A stretch of 64,000 bases of DNA, from NCBI GenBank assembly GCA_964016885.1, contig OZ024748.1, positions 33,356,001-33,420,000 of the forward strand, given 5' to 3'. The notes below the pieces were generated by a model. It had not been told where the DNA came from. It did no database searches and worked only from the letters and a program-made list of their open reading frames with translations. How positions within the stretch are numbered: the stretch's first letter is position 1; every line of letters starts with the position of its first letter. The position numbers and the translations under genes were made by a program. This DNA comes from Eledone cirrhosa. Its lineage: Eukaryota. Shown here one piece after another: positions 11,941 through 27,155 of the stretch.

Positions 11941-12439
11941 TTTAGCAGACAGGGTTTAAGTATTTGTTCTTGCGGAAAGGATCCTTAATGAATATATATA
12001 TAGAGATTTATAGGCTGCGTGTTTATGTTTTTAGTTCACGTGGAAGGATCAAATCAGAAAGCACAGTGAGGCAATAACAAAGGTTTATTTTCTTCCGATA
12101 CAATAATACAACCACTAAAAGAGGGGAAAGCAGCTAGCATACCGAATGATTAAATTGAATGAAAACAAAGTATGTTGTTGTTGGGCCCCTTGCCGAGAGG
12201 GCCAAAGTTACTTGTTAAGTGCTACATCTTGCTAGTATCGACCGGGAACGTAATTAGTGACTTCTTGTGTCCACGAAATTCAAGCCGTAACTGATAGGTA
12301 GATGTCAAAGAGGTGCGAAGCAACTGTTGTGCCGAAGTCAACTTTTGGTATTCCTACACCACCAAGTCTAAGGATTGGCGAGTGACAAAGTACGGCCAAA
12401 TTATTCCACAGCTATGGAATAGTGCCATTGCTTGCTACA
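11941..12439 (-). mobile_element. Solo LTR (Gypsy-like)
   Basis: Termini T(T)TAGCA...TGCTACA, 4-bp TSD AATT (11937-11940 and 12440-12443), minus-strand AATAAA near 12085. Confidence 0.7.
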
Positions 12440-12848
12440 AATTTCTGATATAAGATACGGCATAATCTGAAATTTCTGACAGACAAAACACAGCATTATC
12501 AGGAGATAGAGGATCCCTTAATTACACACTCCACCAGGGAAGTATATCAGTTTTAATTTTGAAGAAATATACACAATTTAATTAATTAGTAACTAATAAT
12601 TACAAAAACACAAGTATTCAAAAACAGGAAATGAAAGGAAAAGGAAGGGCTCTAGAGACACAGAAAGGTGGCTTTGGACTTAAGGCGATGTTGGGGTTGC
12701 ACCCCGCAGATAGCAAAAGCAGGGAATGTTGGTGTTGGCAAAAGACTGATGAAATTTTTTGCATAGATTAAAAATGACTTCAGGAAGTCAATGAATAGAC
12801 ATGAACAAGAATTTAATTCCAGCTAAAAATATATTTAAAAATGACAAG

Positions 12849-13092
12849 TGATAAGTTGTTGTGTGCGGGAGAGAAGACTGCGATGGTATGGAGGATGATC
12901 ACTGGGTAAAGAAGTGCCAAGAAATCCCAGTAGAAGGAAGATACAGTTGAGGAAGACCACTAAAAACATGGGCGGAGGTGGTGAGAGCTGACCTCAGATC
13001 ATCGAAGCTCATGGAGGAGATGACGAAGGATCGTGTGCTGAATAGGACCCATCCCACCCTTGCAAGCAGGGAAAAGCGGATGTATGATGATG
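12849..13092 (+). mobile_element. 5'-truncated RTE (family A) with (GAT)n tail
   Basis: [38 protein letters not shown]; TSD atgacaag (12841-12848 and 13093-13100). Confidence 0.85.
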
Positions 13093-13197
13093 ATGACAAG
13101 CAATGTTTTGAGTCTGTAAAACTACTAAGGGTTCTCTCAAGATGTTGGTGGACAATAGGTTTATATTTGTAAGAGGAAGGTGTCTCGTGTTTCACAG

Positions 13198-13510
13198 TTA
13201 AAACGTTTCCCTCCAGTGTGTTCTTTTGTGTTTATTTAAGTTACTTTTAGGGACAAAAGTTTTCCCACATATTTCACATTTGAAAGGTTTCTCTCCAATG
13301 TGTGTTCTTGTGTGAACTACAACACTAACATTTTCAGAGAAAGATTTCCCACATATTTCACAGTGGAAGGGTTTCTCTCCAGTGTGTGTTCTTCTGTGCT
13401 TAGTCAATTCACCATTTCAGCCAAAAGATTTCCCACATTGGTACAGTGATAGGGTTTTTCTCCAGTGTGTGTTCTGTGTTTAGTCATGTCACAACTCATG
13501 GCAAAAGATC
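13198..13510 (-). pseudogene. Truncated C2H2 ZNF fragment (about 4 fingers, frameshifted)
   Basis: [16 protein letters not shown] repeats with frameshifts; its 3' flank is duplicated from the adjacent gene. Confidence 0.75.
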
Positions 13511-13643
13511 AGGATTTAGGATATGAACAAGAACTTATTTCCAACTAAGTGTATAATTTGAAAAATAACAAGCAACTTTTCGAGTCTGTGGAACTTCTAA
13601 GAATTACTTCATGACAATCAGTTTAGATTTGTAAGAGGAAGAG

Positions 13644-14552
13644 TTAGTTAAAATGTTTCCCTCTTGTGTGTGTTTGTTTGTGTTTATTTAAGTTACTATT
13701 CCTAATAAAAGATTTCCCACATATTTCACAGTGGTAAGGTCTTTCACCAGTATGTGATCTTTTATGTACAATCAAATTACCGCTTTGTACGAAATACTTT
13801 CCACATATTTCACAGTAAAAGGGTTTCTCTCCAGTGTGAGTTCTTTTATGCCTAATCAAGTCATTGCCCCTGACAAAAGATTTCTCACATATTTCACAAT
13901 GGAAGGGCTTTATTCCAGTGTGGTTATATCTATGGTTAATGAGACTAGCATTCTGAAAGAAAGATTTCCCACATATTTCACAATCATAATGCTTTTCTCT
14001 ACTGTGTGTTCTTTTATGTGCATTGAAATTACTGTTGTATACAAAAGATTTCCCACAAATTTCACAATGATATGGTTTCTCTCCAGTGTGTGTTCTTATA
14101 TGTACAGTTAAATAAATGTTTGTCAAAAAAGATTTCCCACAAATTTCACAATGATAGGGTTTCTCTCCAGTGTGTGTTCTTTTATGAAGTACAACACTAA
14201 AATTTTCAGCAAAAGCTTTCCCACATATTTCGCAGTGGAAACGTTTTTCTCCAGTGTGAGTACGTATATGTCTAACAAGATCGGATTTCGAAGTGAAAGA
14301 TTTCTCACATATTTGACAGTGATAGGGTTTATCTTTAGCGTGTGTTCTTTTATGTGTAGATAATTCATCTTCTGATGAGAAAGTTTTCCTACAAATCTCA
14401 CAGCTATATTCAGGAATATTTCTGTGTAATGATCCTTGTTCAGTAGATGTTTCACTAGGTAAAGGTTTCTCACCACTGTATGTCTGTGTAACTGTATCTA
14501 TATTGGTAGAAGCAGGTGTGGTAGAAATGTCCAATTGTTTAACGTCTTCCAT
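13644..14552 (-). CDS. C2H2 zinc-finger protein, 9 tandem fingers, no recognisable effector domain (302 aa)
   Basis: Uninterrupted ORF MEDVKQLDIS...([15 protein letters not shown])x9...TRGKHFN*. The ATG at 14552 lies just after a candidate acceptor (cttacac..tatcttcag, exon from about 14569), so the upstream part of the 369-aa ORF is probably intronic. Confidence 0.85.
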   Translation of the reverse strand: MEDVKQLDISTTPASTNIDTVTQTYSGEKPLPSETSTEQGSLHRNIPEYSCEICRKTFSSEDELSTHKRTHAKDKPYHCQICEKSFTSKSDLVRHIRTHTGEKRFHCEICGKAFAENFSVVLHKRTHTGEKPYHCEICGKSFLTNIYLTVHIRTHTGEKPYHCEICGKSFVYNSNFNAHKRTHSREKHYDCEICGKSFFQNASLINHRYNHTGIKPFHCEICEKSFVRGNDLIRHKRTHTGEKPFYCEICGKYFVQSGNLIVHKRSHTGERPYHCEICGKSFIRNSNLNKHKQTHTRGKHFN

Positions 14553-15559
14553 AGTAATTCTTCGAAGTTCTGAAGATATATGACTGTGTAAGACTGATGT
14601 CGGTATAAGAAAGTGTAAGAGAGAGTGTGTGTGTGTTTCTGTCTTAATAAATAAGGATTCTTCACCAGAGAGTGTAGAAAAGTACACAAAATCTGCTGTG
14701 TTAACAGTATAAATAATACGTACTTTATATTTCAAGTCCAAATGTAAAGTCAAGAAAGACCAGGAAAGCTAATTGTTCAGATAAACCTATTTCTCACTGA
14801 TGTTGGTGATTTAAACCTATTTCTTCCCTGAAACATGTAGCTCACTCTATGTTAGCTACAAAATATTAACTTTTACCTTAATATAAGAGAATTACTATAC
14901 AAGATATATTTAGATTAATTAAAGTTATAATTAAGATGGCAGGTACGTGGTGTCGTCGGTAATGCTTCACTCGCCTGAATAACACCGGTGTCAAACGTTA
15001 GAAGTCCCTGACATAATTTAATACCTTCAGTTATATCAATTCACTCCATCAATTGTATCCAACCCATGGTAAAACAAGCAGCATCACTCAGTGAAATATT
15101 TATTACGTATCAACGAGGGAGTCTCTTACCTGATTATTTGACCTGGTAGAAATAGCAGCCAACACACACCTTAAACTCTTAAAGTAAAGGAATTACACAT
15201 TTCGCTCTTCGACAGATTTGCGGTCGTGCTCTTGGCAGAGTTGACTACCCGTAGAGAGACTCTTACATAGTTGCTTGACCTGGTAGAAATAGCAGCCAAA
15301 TATCACTCTCTACTGTCTTACGACAACAAAGACGATATTCTGCGGTTTAGTCACGCACACATGTGTATATATATATATACAGCTAAAACAACTTCCAATA
15401 TTTAAATATATTCCTACTCCATCATACTAATCTGGAACTTGAATTATGCCATGGTGAGGTTGTCTCCCCTGGTATAAATCCGTTGTTTGTTTGTATATAT
15501 ATTTATATCTCCATCTGTAACTCAATAAAATTTATCATGGTTTGGCTTCGAGCACAAAA

Positions 15560-16575
15560 GTTAAGAAGGAGTTGTTGTACGTTGATTGTAGGCCTGCTTG
15601 TGGCTGGTCAGGCCTATGTAGGACAGGCATGACACCGCCACAGATGAAGGTCTGGAGAAGGGTTTGATAACTTGGTGTTGTTGTTCTTCCTCCTAGGCCT
15701 CTTGTCCTCGAGGGTGGCCCTGTGGATGTTTTTCAAGGAGCAGAGAGCATGGTTGTTAGTGAGACACCAGGCGTCCCATGTCTCAGCTATGGTGGACCAT
15801 CAGTGATGGTCGATGTGACAAGGAATTTTTTCAAACAGTCCTTATATTGCTTCCTTGGTGGCTCCCTGTCACAATGACCTGTGGAGAGTTCACCATAGAG
15901 CATGATCTTGGGCAGATCCTTCATCCAGGAGATGTACCCTGCCCAGCTTGGTGCTGCTCTCAAGGAGTCGAAGGTGGTGATGTTAAGTGACCCACAACTC
16001 TAAGCCATATAGGAAGGTGGGAAGGACTATGGTTCTGAACACTCTGATCTTCAGGTGTTTATTATTCTACACAGGTTTGTACAGTCTTCCAAATGCACTG
16101 CTCACCTTTGCCAGTCTGTTACCTGTCGATCTTGAGATGTGACGTGATGGTGCACCCCAGGTTGGTGAACAGATGGACAGTTCAGTCTCTCCAATTGGTA
16201 TATGGGGGGAGGTACTCTTCCTGAAGTGTAGGCTGGTGGAGTACATCTATCTTCTTTAAGCTGACATCCCAAAGAGCTGGGCAGCTTCTGTGAAGCAGGA
16301 AGTGATGTGTTGCAAGGCTCTTTCTGTGAGGCCAACAAGAGCAGCATCGTCTGCAAAGAAGAGGTCTCAGATCTGTAGCTCCAGGGACTTTCATGTGGGC
16401 CTGTAGTTGAGGAAGATTAAACAGGCTGCCAGCAAGATGGTATCAATATCTTCTGTGGCCTGCTTGAACATCATGCTGAAGAGAGTTGGTGCTAGGACAC
16501 AACCCTTCTTCATTCAGTTGATGTTTGGGAAGGGTTCTGAGAGGTCACTGTTGAGTCTGACTTGACCACACTGTG
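15560..16575 (-). mobile_element. RTE-BovB-type LINE fragment (RT to C-terminus), degenerate
   Basis: GQVRLNSDLSEPF, KGCVLAPTLFSMMF, LFADD, LPKIMLYGELSTG..PRKQYKDCLK. Confidence 0.75.
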
Positions 16576-17859
16576 TGTGGCCAACTCCACCCTGATAACA
16601 GTGAGTAGGGAGGTGGTTTAGGGACCAAGTCTGACAATTGTCTCCACCACTATAGTTTAACAAGACTCTCCTCTGGGTGGCTAACTCCACCCTGATAACA
16701 GTTAGTAGGGAGGTGGTATAGAGACCAAGAATGCCAGAAATCTCCATTACTACAAGTTCAACAACAAATAACTGATACTTCAACAGTTTGTGATCTTTAG
16801 TGTCTAAGTTTTAATTTTTCTTGTTACTTTAGGGAAACAATGATACCACCAAAGTTAGTGGCCCTATAACCAGGATATTGTCAAATTTCAGTATACGAAT
16901 AGTGATAGAATTTCAATGATTTTAAACAATATTGAAGTGTTTGTGTTAGATGTATTAAAACTACTTACAAGATGATATCATTACATATGGTGTTAATAAC
17001 AGAGATTTAGATGGGTGTTAGATGTGTTAAAACTACTAACAAGGTGATATCATTACATATGGTGTAACAGAGATTTAGATGGGTGTTAGATGCATTAAAA
17101 CTACTTACAAGATGATATCATTATATATGGTGTTAATGATTTATATGGCAAAATACCAAAAAAGTTGAAGTTACAGACTTGATAAATTCCTTAAATATAA
17201 TTCTTTTATTAACAACAAATAGAATGAAATTTAGGACATAAATATAATTTATAAAATTTATGAAAAATTAATAAATTATTTACAAAACGATGAAATCAAT
17301 AAAAAAAAAAGGGAGTCAGAGGGAAAAAGAAAAACAGGTAAAACTACTCCTTCAATTACTATAACAGAGAATGTTGGTGTTACCCTCTAAAATTCCTGAG
17401 ACTAGACACTCACAGCATTACCTCAGGTGATAGAGGGCCCTTCAATTACATACTACAACAGGGAATGTTGTGTGGGCCTATGAAATTTATCATAGCAGAG
17501 AAGACATTACCTCATGTGGCAGAGGGCCCTTCAATTACACACAACAACAGGGAATGTTGGTGTAGGCCTCTAAAATTTAACATAGCAGAGAAGACATTAC
17601 CTCAGGTGATAGAGGGTCCCTTAATTACACACACTATAGCAGGGAATGTTGGTGTTGACAAACTAATGATGACATTACTGGCATAGATTTAAAATTAATT
17701 CAAAAAGTCAAGAATAGATCAGAGAAAGATTTCAAATGAAAATATATTTGTAAAAACGGCCATCAAAGTTTGTAGGCTATCAAACTTCCAAGCATTCACA
17801 TTTGCTATTGGTGGAAAATAAGTTTAGATTTGTAAGAGGAAGGATGTCTCATGTTTCAC

Positions 17860-19780
<1,921 letters not shown>

Positions 19781-20766
19781 TAATTCTTGAACAATTCTTC
19801 GAAGTTCTGAAGATATGTGACTGTGTAAGACTGATGTCGGTATAAGAAAGTGTAAGAGAGAGAGTGTGTGTTTGTGTCTTAATAAATGAGGATTGTTCAC
19901 CACGGAGTATAGAAAAGTACACAAAATCTGCTGTGTTAACAATACAAATAATACGTACTTTATATTTCAAGTCCAATTGTAAAGTCAAGAAAGACCAGGA
20001 AAGCTAATTGTTCAGATGTTGGTGACTTAAACCTATTTCTCACTGTCCTGTAAAATGTGGAACAACCAATTCACGATGTAACTTAGTTTCTCATGAAATG
20101 AAATATTTAATCATGTAGGTGATGGAACACCTACCCTAAAACATGTAGATCACTCTATGTTATCTACAGAATATTAACTTTCACCTTAATATGAAATAAT
20201 TGCTACACAAGATTAATTAAAATTATAACTAAGATAGCAGGTACGTGGTGTCGTTGACAATGTTTCCCCACAAAAAACTGGTGTCTACGTTAAAAGTCCC
20301 TGACATAATTTCATACTTTCAGAAAGACCTTCAGAAAGACCTTCAGTTATATCAATTCACTCCATCAATTGAATCCAACCCATGGTAAAACAAGCAGCAT
20401 CACTCAGTGAAATATTTATTACGTATTAACGAGGGAGTCTCCTACCTGGTTACTTGACATGGTAGAAATAGCAGCCAACACACACTCTACAGTCTTAAAG
20501 TAAAGGAATTACACATTTTGCTCTCCGACAGGTTTGCAGTCGTGCCCTTGGCAGTGGAGACTTCTGTTGTCCTTGTCCCTAGGGCTACCTGTCTACTTAC
20601 CACCATAGGCATAGAGTTGGCTACCCACAGAGTTGTGAGCCTCGCGAGATGGAATGGCTCTTCCAGTGCATCTCCCTTACCATCCTCCGGGGAAAAGCCT
20701 TCTCCATTCTGTCTGCCGGGGCTGTGAGGCGGCCAGCACATGGGACCCCTTTTTCTCATAATACAG

Positions 20767-21437
20767 AGAGATGGGGAGAGTGAGAGGGATGGAGATGATG
20801 ACAGTGGGAGTTTGGTTCCTCTCTGTTCAGACCTGGTGTACATGTGAGATGGGGAGGGTGAGAGAGATGGAGGTGATGACAGTGGGAGTTTGGTTCCTCT
20901 GTGTCAGGACCTGGTGTACATGTGAGATGGGGAGGGTGAGAGAGATGGAGGTGATGACAGTGGGAGTTTGGTTCCTCTGTGTCAGGACCTGGTGTACATG
21001 TGAGATGGGGAGGGTGAGAGAGATGGAGGTGATGACAGTGGGAGTTTGGTTCCTCTGTGTCAGGACCTGGTGTACATGTGAGATGGGGAGGGTGAGAGAG
21101 ATGGAGGTGATGACAGTGGGAGTTTGGTTCCTCTGTGTTCGGACCTGGTGTACATGTGAGATGGGGAGGGTGAGAGAGATGCAGGTGATGACAGTGGGAG
21201 TTTGGTTCCTCTGTGTCAGGACCTGGTGTACATGTGAGATGCGGAGGGTGAGAGAGATGCAGGTGATGACAGTGGGAGTTTGGTTCCTCTGTGTTCAGAC
21301 CTGGTGTACATGTGAGATGGGGAGGGTGAGAGAGATGCAGGTGATGACAGTGGGAGTTTGGTTCCTCTGTGTCAGGACCTGGTGTACATGTGAGATGGGG
21401 AGGCTGAGTGAGATGGAGGTGATGACAGTGGGAGTTC
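20767..21437. repeat. 78-bp minisatellite, about 9 copies
   Basis: gagatggggagggtgagagagatggaggtgatgacagtgggagtttggttcctctgtgtcaggacctggtgtacatgt repeated; it produces the repetitive 235- and 251-aa ORFs. Confidence 0.95.
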
Positions 21438-21714
21438 AGCTCATGTGTACCATACACCTTGTGGATTGTCTCTGTTGACCACTGACTGCTGGTCTCTGTC
21501 CTCTGAGACATTTCTGGTCATCCCTGTCTTTGACAACATTTAGCTGTTTTAATTGCCTTCTATGTTATATATGTGTGTTTGTATGTATTGTATTTTTTCC
21601 TTAAATATTAGTCAAGTGTGTCAACAACAACAACATCAACAACAACAGGAAGAGCCACTCCTAAATGTCAGCACCATAGCAGATTTACTCAATGACAGTA
21701 TCTCATCACCACTT

Positions 21715-21875
21715 TCATCGACTCCAGTACATGACTGGTACTTTATTTTATCATCCCAGTAAGGATGAAAGGCAAAGTTAACATCAACGGGATTTGAACT
21801 CAGATCATAAAGGGCCGTAACTCGGCAAAACATGGCGTCTGACCCTCTACCAATACTTCCAATCCACCACCCTTC
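21715..21875 (-). mobile_element. tRNA-derived SINE with Nin/Deu-like domain (representative copy)
   Basis: ctgagttcaaatccc..ttaactttgcctttcatcc..gataaaataaagtaccag. Further copies at about 31520-31880, 35430-35780, 38670-38840, 43780-44100 and 52720-52870 (-), and 51590-52090 (+). Confidence 0.7.
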
Positions 21876-22149
21876 TTCAACTACTAATAATAAATCACTG
21901 CTTTCTTCCCCCATATCGCAACCTCAATCTTACTGTTGAATGCGCACGGCACAAACAAGAAACCCCAAAATATGCCGTTATTCACTACATCAGAGGCTCT
22001 GCACATGTAGTGACTGTATCTTCACACATCTACCTGGCACTGACACACAATCCATACAAACACTACCAGCCAAGGCCAAAGTACACATCCCACATCAACA
22101 TCAACACCACCAAATAGTATATTGAACACTAAAACATGTGTAACCCACA

Positions 22150-23250
22150 ATCCTAAGATATGCCCAAGAGCTTTGGGAGAGGGCTCCAACACTGATGTCA
22201 TCTACCTTTGACAGGGTTGATCACAACATTTTACTGAAAAAACTACCAACATTGGTGTCTCTGGAAAGTTACTGCAATGGATCAAGTGTTTCCTGACAGA
22301 CAGAGTCCAACATGTTGTAGTCGAAGTAGTATATCCAGCCCAGCCAAAGTCAGTAATGGTGTTCCACAAGGCATTGTGTTAGGCCCACTTCTTTTCATTA
22401 TCTATATAAATGACGTTACTGATGTCATCAAGCACAGCAACATGAGAATCTTTGCAGATGATTCCAAGCTCCAGATAGGTCATCAATGGAGTGGGTGACC
22501 AAACACACCTTCAGTCAGACCTACTGGCTGTTATCCAATGGATGGAAAAGAACAATATGCTGCTGAACAAGGATGTATTTGAGTTAATCTACTTTGGAAA
22601 AAAAGATGCACTGAAACTCCTATATTCTCTTCCTTCTAGTGAAACTCATGGCATCCAACAACATCAGTGCTTGGGAGTAATTGTGGACAACATAAGCTGG
22701 ACCACTCATATAAAGAGCAAAGTTGTCATGGCAAACTGAATGTGTCCCTGGATTCTCAAAACCTCTCAGTCGAGAGATATCTACACCATTATCCTTCTTT
22801 TCTCCACTTTTGCCTGACCCCACGTTGAATACTGTTGTCCACTGTGGTCTCCCCACATGAAACAAAGTATCATGAAAGTTGAAGCACCCCAAAGGTCAAT
22901 TACAAAAAAGATAGATGACATGACAGGCCTTCAATATGGGAGTCAATTAGAAAAGCTCAACCTTTATTCTCTCCAACATCACCGTCAGCGCGTGATGTGG
23001 AAAATATTCCATCAGAATTGCCCATAAAACACATTAAAACAGAAACAGACCCCATAAAATTCAAAAGGTCTTTGGACAAATTCCTTCAAGAAATCATGGA
23101 TAAACCTCCTACACCCGGATATGTCTCCGTAAACAATAACTCTCTTCCTGAGGGGCCATAGTGTCCAAATCCTGATTTGAAAGACTTCACCAGGTGGTGC
23201 TATTAAGTTAGACATGGCCTGGGCCAATACTAGCCAAAACCTATCAAAGT
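22150..23250 (+). mobile_element. CR1-clade LINE RT fragment
   Basis: FDRVDHNILLKKL, SNGVPQGIVLGPLLFIIYIND..MRIFADDSKL, PHVEYCCPLWSPH, FKRSLDKFLQEIMDKP; many frameshifts. Confidence 0.85.
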
Positions 23251-23559
23251 TATATATATATATTTATATAACCAAATGTTTACTTCCCTTTTTACAGTGT
23301 CATACTCTTCATAACACCAACCACATTTACAGTGTGGGACTGGATGGCACAGTTATGAGGAGGGACAGGCCAGGTCGCTTCAGTGTAACCTGCTCACGGT
23401 GGAGCTATAGTTTGAGAGCTAGGTAGTCCCACTATGAGGGAGGTCTAGCCAGTTGTACTCTCAAAGGCTTACACATAGTGGAGCCTTGTTACTGGAAAGT
23501 ATGGCCAGATGGCTGCAGTGTACCTTGCACAATATCGGGACTGTTGCTGTGTTTTGGGA

Positions 23560-23900
23560 TCTTGGTAGACCCATTATGAAGTAGGCCTGGTCAGTTAGCA
23601 GCACCAAGTCTTGTTCATAGTAGAGCCCTGGGTGACACCTTTATGAGGCGGTTCTCGTCAGTTGGTCATACCAAACCGTGTTTATAGCAGAGCCCTAGGT
23701 GACAGCTTTATTAAGAGGTTCTAGCCAGTTGGCAGCACCAAGCCTTGTTCATAGTAGAGCCCTGGGTGACACCATTATAAGGTTCTGGCCAGTTGGCAGC
23801 ACCAAGCCTTGTTTATAGTAGAGCCCTGGGTGACACCTTTATTAGGAGGTTCTGGTCAGTGGGCTGCACCATATCCTGCCCACATTGGAACCATAATTTG
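23560..23900. repeat. Degenerate tandem repeat, about 66-bp unit
   Basis: gccagttggcagcaccaagccttgttcatagtagagccctgggtgacacc x4-5, with more diverged copies at 23330-24100. Confidence 0.7.
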
Positions 23901-24299
23901 GGAGCTGGGTTGTCCCACTATGCGGGAAGTTGGGCCAGTTACTGGGTGGTCCACATTTACAGTGGTGAGCTGGGTGGCACTGTTATTAGCAGGGTCTTGG
24001 GCTGAGTTGTTGACATGGGTATTTTTGTTGTACATTGTAGTGCCAGGAGTCTCAGTCCTACCTATGTTATCTTCATTGGGAGGTTCAGCTAAGCCAGGTC
24101 AACCTTTATCATCCCATGTCTCCCTGGGTCTTCCTCTATTGGGGTGTCCTACAACCTCTGGAGCCTTGCACCTTTTTATACAGCTGTCATCCTTCATACA
24201 TGAAGATAATATTTGATAAGATATATAATATTTATATTTGTGTATTGTGTATCAATAGAAGTCACCAGTGAAGCAGTTTATATCTTAAGATGATGATGT

Positions 24300-27150
24300 A
24301 TTATGTTATTAGTATAGCAGCATGTAATATATAAGTAGTTTAGAAGTATAGTATTACTTTTAGCAGCATGTAATATATAACCAATTTAAAAGTATAATAT
24401 TACTTTTAGCAGCATGAAATATATAACCAGTTTAGAAGTGTAGCAGTGGCCTCCCTTGTTGTGACTCACAACCCCAATAGATTAACATCTAGACGGGAAG
24501 TAGAACCCTTTCTGTAACTTCCGGTCAGAACCCTATAAAACTAACAACTTTAAGTTCTCACCCTCTCATTAGCCCTTCCGGCGCCTGGCCTTCGCCAGGC
24601 GTCTTCTGCCAGCCTGCGTTTGCCTGGCAATCAAAACGGTAACTACTAACTTTGCTTCATTCTTTCGTTTATTCATTGACATGTCAACTATACTGTTAAA
24701 TTGTTGATTAAATATTATACACACAAACCATGTCTCCTTGTTACATTCATACAACCCAGTATCTTCGCTATATTGGTAACCCTGACGTGATACCAACACG
24801 CAGCCGTTCATTGTTATAAGTGGTCACCCCGAAAAAAGAAAAAATAGCAGAATCTGGTGTTGTGTGAGTAACATTACGAATACACAGCAAATTTATTGAC
24901 AAACTATGAAAATACTCAGTCAAAGAAACGAACACACCACGCACATGTGAAATTCGCGTTCAGACAGACTTTTTCTCTCACACATCAACTAACTGTTGCA
25001 TTTCACGATATATATATATGTTTCTCGTTTCTTACAACGAACACATTCAAAACAAAAAAAAACAAAAAAAAAAAAGAAATTTGATATCTTTTTAAAAACA
25101 TTTCAACAGGAAAATTTATTTTCGATGAACCCTTGCCTTTTTTTTTTTCATCGTTTTCTTCATCGTTCAAGTTTTTTTTCAAAGTTCACACCAATAATTA
25201 TGCTAAGTGAAGCCTTTCTTTTTCATCATTGTCACTTTCACACTTGCACTATCATTTTCTCGCGCGTTAGAAATATTATTTTTTTAAACCTAACTTAACC
25301 TTGTATTGGCACGTGTAGGCAGCACAAATTCTCGACTCACAGAGATATCTCGACTCACAGAGATAGCCGCACGCCAGAGATAACGTTTCTCGCCAAGGAT
25401 TCTTCAGCCTTAAGCTATATTCTCCTATTTGCCGGTTTAAAAATTTACCACGTAAATTTTCCGTTGAAAACTGCGCATTTATTCAGAATGCTTATTTTTT
25501 TGGTCGCTGGCCTCTTGACCCTTCCAGGTGAACGCATTCTCAACATCGACCATCAACTTCGGTTGTTATTTCTAGCACTTTGCGCAACTCATTTTTTCTG
25601 AAAAAAATTTTTTTACTGTGAATTTAAACACCGAATACGCTCACTCCGCGAGACAGCAACACAGCTTCACCAACAACCAAAACCAGCAGAACAAGCCAGA
25701 GAATTTATTTTTGCAGCACTCTTCCTGTGAGAAAATCCATTCGGAGGTTGGAAATTTCACGATATACCACAGAACAGAAACCACCTGCATTCATTCTCTG
25801 GAACACACTTTCTTTCCTGCTGTCATGTGATTGCACACCTGTGAACTATATTTTGTACATTTGAACTTTGAGCTCTTCTCTTACTTTATTACATTGTATC
25901 TTTGGGTGATGGATAGATAGATGTCCAGTCGTTCTCTGGCCAAGAGCGGTTGGCTACCTTGACATCTATCATTGATTTTTGCAAACATTCTTTTGTCGTA
26001 ATTTTCATGCCTGTTACAACATTCTCGCCAACTTGCTACATATTTCATTTGATTTTTATATTCTAAAATTCTGGCGGGAGGTTAATGTAGCAGTAGCCTC
26101 CCTTGTGACTCACAACTCCAATAGATTAACATCTAGACGGGAAGTAGAACCCTTTCTGTAACATCCGGTCAGAACCCTATAAAACTAACAACTTTAAGTT
26201 CTCACCCTCTCATTAGCCCTTCCGGCGCCTGGCCTTCGCCAGATGTCTTCTGCCAGCCTGCGTTTGCCTGGCAATCAAAACGGTAACTACTAACTTTGCT
26301 TCATTCTTTCGTTTATTCATTGACATGTCAACTATACTGTTAAATTGTTGATTAAATATTATACACACAAACCATGTCTCCTTGTTACATTCATACAACC
26401 CAGTATCTTCGCTATAGAAGTATAGTATTACTTTTAGCAGTGTGTAATATATAACTAGTTTAGAGGTATAGTATTACTTTTAGCAGTGTGTAATATATAA
26501 CTTGTTTAGAGGTATAGTATTACTTTTAGCAGTGTGTAATATATAACTAGTTTAGAAGTATAGTATTTCTTTTAGCAGTGTGTAATATATAACCAGTTCA
26601 GAAGTATAGTATTACTTTTAGCAGTGTGTAATATATAACCAGTTTAGAAGTATAGTATTACTTTTAGCAGCATGTAATATATAACCAGTTTAGAGGTATA
26701 GTATTACTTTTAGCAGTGTGTAATATATAACCAGTTTAGAAGTATAGTATTACTTTTATTAGCAGTGTGTAATATATAACCAGTTTAGAAGTATAGTATT
26801 ACTTTTAGCCGTGTGTAATATATAACCAGTTTAGAAGTATAGTATTACTGTTTTAGCAGTGTGTAATATATAACCAGTTCAGAAGTATAGTATTACTTTT
26901 AGCAGTGTGTAATATATAACCAGTTTAGAAGTATAGTATTACTTTTAGCTGTGTAATATATAACGAGTTTAGAAGTATAGTATTACTTTTAGCAGCATGA
27001 AATATATAACCAGTTTAGAAGTATAGTATTACTTTTAGCAGTGTGTAATATAAAACCAGTTTAGAAGTATAGTATTACTTTTAGCAGTGTGTAATATATA
27101 ACCAGTTTAGGAGTATACTATTACTTTTAGCAGTGTGTAATATATAACCA
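24300..27150. repeat. 46-bp minisatellite (24300-24438 and 26417-27150) interrupted by an LTR element
   Basis: Unit ccagtttagaagtatagtattacttttagcagtgtgtaatatataa. Confidence 0.9.
24439..26416 (+). mobile_element. Non-autonomous LTR retrotransposon (about 330-bp LTRs, non-coding 1.3-kb interior)
   Basis: LTRs 24439-24772 and 26086-26416 are nearly identical (TGTAGC...GCTATA); TSD GAAG; PBS tggtaaccctgacgtgat (24774-24791) resembles the tRNA-Trp complement; PPT-like ggcgggagg before the 3' LTR. Confidence 0.9.
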
Positions 27151-27155
27151 GAATA

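Noticed and set aside
13764-14363. Plus-strand ORFs overlapping ZNF and RTE sequences throughout the window
   Set aside because: Antisense shadows of periodic zinc-finger or LINE coding sequence.
14553-14753. N-terminal extension of the 369-aa ZNF ORF
   Set aside because: It starts at a non-ATG codon, crosses a CA/CT microsatellite and a candidate splice acceptor, and is out of frame in paralogs.
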